A stretch of DNA of 10,339 nt from a candidate division WOR-3 bacterium (GTDB taxonomy: Bacteria; Hydrothermota; Tepidihabitantia; SM23-42; JAOAFX01). The stretch covers positions 1 through 10,339 of the forward strand of contig JBDRWI010000073.1 in the NCBI GenBank assembly GCA_039802265.1. Reading direction: 5' to 3'. Under the pieces are notes generated by a model. The model did not search any database. It saw only the letters and a list, made by a program, of their open reading frames with translations, and was not told the DNA's origin. The first letter of the stretch is position 1. Every line of letters begins with the position of its first letter. A program made the translations under genes and the position numbers. This document shows positions 7,301 to 10,339 of this stretch, piece by piece.

Positions 7301-7944
7301 TTCACCTCTGGGATTGACCTTTCCGGAGGGCTGAATCTCTCAACATCTTCTGGATTTTCTACAATAGCTTTTACTGCCTCACCAAAATTTTCTATTTGAC
7401 CTCGGCTCTTCGGAGTTACGGGATATTCATCTTCACGATAAGAAATTGCGATAGTAATGCTTGTATAGAACTTCACACGCTTATCCAGTGGAAAATATTG
7501 CAAAGGAAAGATATGAAACTGGGCAATTCTGTATCCATTCATATCCCCTACGGGAAGAATTTTTAATATTGACTCAGGATAGGGCTGGCTTGATTCATAT
7601 GTTGTCCTATCGGGTTTTGTAAATCCTGACTTCTGCGCAGATGAAACAGGAATTGGTTGTTGAGAAGGATAGAGGGTGTAAGAGCCAGAGAGATAGGTCT
7701 CTGAATAACTGATAACCCTTGCGTCCGTAATAACTGCTGATGCCGGGATAACAAACTTTAGTGATTTATATGGCAGAGAAGGTTTGCCAGGTTCGGGAAA
7801 GTTATTGTAGCCTTTCAGTGTAAGGTAATCATATTCCTGGAACTTTCGTATCTCTATATTCTCCAGAAAGAAGTTGTAGGTCCTTACAATTTCTCCTGCA
7901 AAACAGAATATAGAGACGACCGTTAACATTATTAACTTTTTCAT
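4333..7944 (-). CDS. Secreted gingipain-like cysteine peptidase (family C25): signal peptide, C25 propeptide, 3 CUB-like repeats, CARDB, C25 catalytic domain and T9SS-type/Ig-like C-terminal domain
   Basis: Propeptide motifs are PGKPSLP, IPASA, LYPSQ and IFPLQYFP. C25 motifs are IRNFI, YILLGGDVDIVP, PCDLYYADL, PDVWLGRA, DHGS (His, codon 5088-5086), SIACLIGAFD (Cys, codon 4971-4969) and NLFGDP. The tail reads VSPNPF...LFDIMGRK...NGVYYL...KIVKTK. SD is AAAGGAGGT. Confidence 0.9.
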   Translation of the reverse strand: MKKLIMLTVVSIFCFAGEIVRTYNFFLENIEIRKFQEYDYLTLKGYNNFPEPGKPSLPYKSLKFVIPASAVITDARVISYSETYLSGSYTLYPSQQPIPVSSAQKSGFTKPDRTTYESSQPYPESILKILPVGDMNGYRIAQFHIFPLQYFPLDKRVKFYTSITIAISYREDEYPVTPKSRGQIENFGEAVKAIVENPEDVERFSPPERSIPEVNGHKFSLLTTTTPIEGIKIIGRTTIKKSDSEIEKQNKESVRNTESKYVIHKPHLEAPHPAIPRSENPEAVVNAYISSPHPYSNNFTQDYYVYGPPENNWMCIHFSQINTESGYDYVYVYDNDGTLLNTYSGSYGATWSAWGDGPTFRVRIVTDGSITGYGFDVDYIQVGGPCLYQNSQHPYQPNTNEYIDMYGPTNDWLGEVCFYYDSIHTEPNYDTVFCYDLNNTTILNIWSGQYDNVWSNWSTYNSSFTTQLHERSRLKSDGSVQYYGWLVNYFNFFREHRVESAHNYPNSINQTYYVYGPQDQGSIQMRVHFAKLNTESGYDYVYVYDANGNLLNSYSGDYGTNFWSNWGQGNYIRVVLTTDASVQRWGFKIDQYEWVSAAGQPNLTYYTPSGWDYPIVPSSVAGTHTVGPNLQGGATTYIDWAIINNGTATARPTFYTYLYSDNVPIGGWYTDSLPPNWYAYVEDWTYTFTAGDHTLMTFADSTNVVAESNESDNKYSRTFTWGSGGGTLGWDHVIITNNTLKPNWANFRSFIRSTYGITDTVVTTEYIYANYSGVDNQTKIRNFIIDAVNNHSTQYILLGGDVDIVPYRKTFSGVVSGYGGWYDTIPCDLYYADLQGNWDGNGNGTYGEPGDNVDMYPDVWLGRATVGSSTDITRFTNRFQNYYSTTSHQTNILLTGFDLDANTHGETTLEQYYNTLPTGYIKKRVYDTHGGNHADTTRTALNNGQNIWFHIDHGSETWMGIGYVNHNWGFGNTDMDNLTNQPEYTIFTSIACLIGAFDVSDCITEHFVNAASGGGVCAMTNSRFGWFISGQNPQTQYSADFMNHIFNKLFSHSPGRGYDFHLGKADLIATANSNNWYRWSMYALNLFGDPIQTIHIPYTTVIEDKEISSPEVNHGSDRVLVSPNPFTNSPIVYINLNYSGPITVELFDIMGRKMYSRPIDYSPKMNAYNLKNLIDRKIANGVYYLIIKTEKGEKIVEKIVKTK
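6163..7083 (-). repeat. Three tandem ~100-aa CUB-like domain repeats within the peptidase
   Basis: Units begin SSPHPYSNN, NSQHPYQPN and ESAHNYPNS. They share TESGYDYVYVYD (units 1 and 3) or TEPNYDTVFCYD (unit 2), and end TDGSITGYGF, SDGSVQYYGW and TDASVQRWGF. Confidence 0.8.
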
Positions 7945-7965
7945 TTTACCTCCTTTCTGATTAAA

Positions 7966-7993
7966 ATTATAATCATTTTTTAATAATTGTCAA
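7966..7993 (-). promoter_or_regulatory. Sigma70-type promoter P5 (TTGACA-16 bp-TATAAT)
   Basis: On the minus strand, TTGACA is at 7993-7988 and TATAAT at 7971-7966, followed by SD and ATG 7944. Confidence 0.85.
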
Positions 7994-8172
7994 GGTCTTT
8001 ATCCTTTTCGTCATCCACGCATTGAATAGCGTGGTGGTGAGGTACTAACTGAAATCAATTTAAGTAAGAGTTGGTTTTATGAGGGAACTTCTATGTTGAG
8101 AATCCTCTATGCACTCGAATATTGCGAATTCAAATTTTCAAAAATGAGAGGTTTAAGCAAAATAGATATTTA

Positions 8173-9516
8173 TTAAAACCTAACTGAAAGTATCTGTTTT
8201 GCGCAGTCAATAAATTCTTTAACTTTTTTGAAATCTTTTCCTTCAGCAATGATACGGACTATGGGTTCGGTGTTTGATGGGCGGATGTGAATCCAGTAAT
8301 CGTTTGCAGTTATTTTTATCCCATCTGAATAATCAATCTTACCTTGGAACTGTTTTAAAATTAATTCTTTTTTTCTTTCAAAATCCGCAGGTGAAATATT
8401 TATCTTCTCTTTAAGCATAAAATATGTTGGGTACGATTTGATTAGCTCGGATATCTTCATTTTGGTTTCACTAAGCATCTTTAAAATTATACCGGCACCG
8501 GTTAATGCATCCCTGGTTCGATTTATCTTTGGATATATCACACCGCCATTCCCTTCACCGCCGATTACTGCCTTTACTTCCTTTATCTTTGATACTACAT
8601 TAGCCTCACCAACGGCTGTGCGATAAACAGGACATTTATATTTCTTTCCAATGTAATCAATCAGACTGGAAGTAGAAAGATTAGTAACAATCGGTCCTTT
8701 ATTTTTACTTAATACATAATCGGCAGCGAGTGCCAGTGTTTTTTCCTCGCCGATTGCATTACCCTTTTCATCGACGATTGAAAGTCTATCTCCATCAGGG
8801 TCAAGGGCAAATCCCAGGTGAAGTTTTTCTTTCTTTACAAAATTACATAGTTTTTTGATATTCACGGGTGTGGGCTCAGGTGGTCTTGGAAAATTGGGGT
8901 TGAATCTGCAGTTAATCTTATAGACCTTACAACCTGACCATTCGAGCAATTGGGGTAGTGCCTCGGAACCCGCTCCACATACTGTATCAACTCCGACTTT
9001 TAAACCAATATCTTTCAACTTAAAGTGATCGATTATTGTCCTTATGTGTTTTTCATATTTGTATTTATATTTGACACATTTACCAGTCCTTCCTGAATAT
9101 TCAATTATTTTACTGTGGTATTTGCGGAGGAGTTCAACAAAATCCGAAAATCCGCGGAACTCTAGTTCATTTATAAATTCTCCTCTTGCTACAATAAATT
9201 TTATACCATTCCATTCGGGTGGATTATGGCTTGCAGTTACAACCATCCCGCCGTCTGCCTTTAGTTTACGAACCATAAAGACCACTGTTGGTGTAGGAAC
9301 AATGCCCAGATTGATAATTTTGCAACCCATCCTTGTTAATCCGTCTATAACTCCCTGGATTAGATATGAATGCGATTTTCGTGTATCACAACCAACGACC
9401 ATATTTTCTGCATCAAGGAAGATAGCGAAGGCTTTCGCGTAAAAACTAACTATATCATAATTTAAGTCCTTAAATGCGATACCCCTTAAACCCGAAACTG
9501 AAAAGATATATGGCAT
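8173..9516 (-). CDS. Alpha-D-phosphohexomutase (phosphoglucosamine mutase / phosphomannomutase-like)
   Basis: Motifs FSVSGLRG, DTR, TASHNP (phosphoserine), DPDGDR (metal loop), GGEGNGG and IRPSNTEP are present. The start is reassigned to ATG 9516 because the track's TTG at 9549 is the -35 box. Substrate cannot be assigned from the motifs. Confidence 0.92.
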   Translation of the reverse strand: MPYIFSVSGLRGIAFKDLNYDIVSFYAKAFAIFLDAENMVVGCDTRKSHSYLIQGVIDGLTRMGCKIINLGIVPTPTVVFMVRKLKADGGMVVTASHNPPEWNGIKFIVARGEFINELEFRGFSDFVELLRKYHSKIIEYSGRTGKCVKYKYKYEKHIRTIIDHFKLKDIGLKVGVDTVCGAGSEALPQLLEWSGCKVYKINCRFNPNFPRPPEPTPVNIKKLCNFVKKEKLHLGFALDPDGDRLSIVDEKGNAIGEEKTLALAADYVLSKNKGPIVTNLSTSSLIDYIGKKYKCPVYRTAVGEANVVSKIKEVKAVIGGEGNGGVIYPKINRTRDALTGAGIILKMLSETKMKISELIKSYPTYFMLKEKINISPADFERKKELILKQFQGKIDYSDGIKITANDYWIHIRPSNTEPIVRIIAEGKDFKKVKEFIDCAKQILSVRF

Positions 9517-9521
9517 AAAGT

Positions 9522-9549
9522 AGTATACCCTAAAAATAAAAGATGTCAA
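9522..9549 (-). promoter_or_regulatory. Sigma70-type promoter P6 (TTGACA-16 bp-TATACT), probably leaderless
   Basis: On the minus strand, TTGACA is at 9549-9544 and TATACT at 9527-9522. It is 5 nt from ATG 9516, with no SD. Confidence 0.75.
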
Positions 9550-9642
9550 TCAGATTAGTCAAAAATACATTATTCCTCTTCCGAAAGATAACTTGGTGTC
9601 ATTATCACGATTTCTTCCTGTTGCAATTAGAAAAAGAAACTC

Positions 9643-9670
9643 TTGACAATAAACTTGTTGTCTGTATAAT
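9643..9670 (+). promoter_or_regulatory. Sigma70-type promoter P7 (TTGACA-16 bp-TATAAT), probably leaderless and divergent from P6
   Basis: TTGACA at 9643-9648 and TATAAT at 9665-9670, 6 nt before ATG 9677. Confidence 0.85.
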
Positions 9671-9676
9671 AATACT

Positions 9677-10339
9677 ATGTTAGAGGAGTCAATATTAAAA
9701 ACTCTGACTTTCAATATCCCATTCACTGGGAGGAAGAATGAACTCATTTTACTCGGAGAAATGCTAAAAAAGGCATATAATTATCAGGGCAATTTTTTGC
9801 TTATCAAAGGTGATATTGGTATTGGAAAGACGCGGTTAATACAACAATTTGTTCAGAATATAAATCAATCCAATATTCAGGTATTGATCGGAAAAGGAAT
9901 AAAAGATGAAATCAAACCCTTTGCGCCATTTTCAACCATAATTGAGGAATATATTACAAATCTGGAAGGTGCTATGGAGAAACGCTGGCTTACGAGGATT
10001 TTCCCACCAGAATCTGCCTTATACCTCGGTTATATTATGCCAATTTTTAAAGCACATTATCCCATTGTGCTACAGCAAGTTGAAGAAAGGATAGACCGCG
10101 CCCAGATAATCTATTCTTTTGAACAATTTTTTGAAAATCTTTCAAAATATAATGTATTAATTTTATTCTTGGATGACATTATGTGGATTAGAGACGACGC
10201 CCTTGATTTATTACGCTATCTTGTTATGAGGATTAGTAATAAACCTATCTTATGTATCGCTACCGCCCGGTCCGATGAAATTAGTTCAAATCTACAAGAA
10301 CTTATAGATGAACTTAATTCCAACCGCCAAATTGTCATA
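9677..10339 (+). CDS. STAND-class / AAA_16-type P-loop ATPase, N-terminal part; 3' truncated and absent from the ORF track
   Basis: Manual translation gives MLEESILKTLTFNIPFTGRKNEL, Walker A GDIGIGKT, KPFAPF, Walker B LIFILDDIMW and sensor ILCIATAR. The frame is open to the window end. Confidence 0.88.
   Translation, partial: MLEESILKTLTFNIPFTGRKNELILLGEMLKKAYNYQGNFLLIKGDIGIGKTRLIQQFVQNINQSNIQVLIGKGIKDEIKPFAPFSTIIEEYITNLEGAMEKRWLTRIFPPESALYLGYIMPIFKAHYPIVLQQVEERIDRAQIIYSFEQFFENLSKYNVLILFLDDIMWIRDDALDLLRYLVMRISNKPILCIATARSDEISSNLQELIDELNSNRQIVI

Noticed and set aside
8173..9516. Assigning the gene symbol glmM or manB
   Set aside because: The motifs establish the superfamily but not the sugar specificity.
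9517..9549. ORF-track N-terminal extension of the phosphohexomutase
   Set aside because: The TTG is the -35 hexamer of P6, and family similarity begins at MPYIFSVSGLRG.
546..9747. Other short ORFs in the track (e.g. 546-782, 872-1156, 2533-2826, 4721-5005, 9044-9442, 9559-9747)
   Set aside because: They are antisense or out-of-frame shadows of well-supported genes, or span promoters, and show no recognisable motifs or translation signals.

Overview
This is a gene-dense, AT-rich bacterial window dominated by cell-envelope and secreted proteins. The gene content suggests an FCB-related diderm such as candidate phylum WOR-3, but that is inference only. It holds the 3' end of an alpha-2-macroglobulin-family gene, four lipoproteins (one FN3 plus HmuY-like, one LEA_2/WHy, two unknown), ndk, and a 1203-aa gingipain-like C25 peptidase with three CUB-like repeats and a CARDB domain between propeptide and catalytic domain. 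It also has a phosphohexomutase and the 5' part of a STAND-type ATPase that the ORF track misses. The most striking signal is regulatory. All seven transcription units whose 5' end is in the window carry a near-consensus TTGACA/TATAAT promoter with exactly 16 bp spacing rather than the usual 17. Five of the seven have TG two bases, not one, before the -10, and three appear leaderless. Other oddities are a palindromic element read in frame inside the A2M gene and a long structured leader with an orphan perfect Shine-Dalgarno. No rRNA, tRNA, CRISPR array or transposase was recognised.
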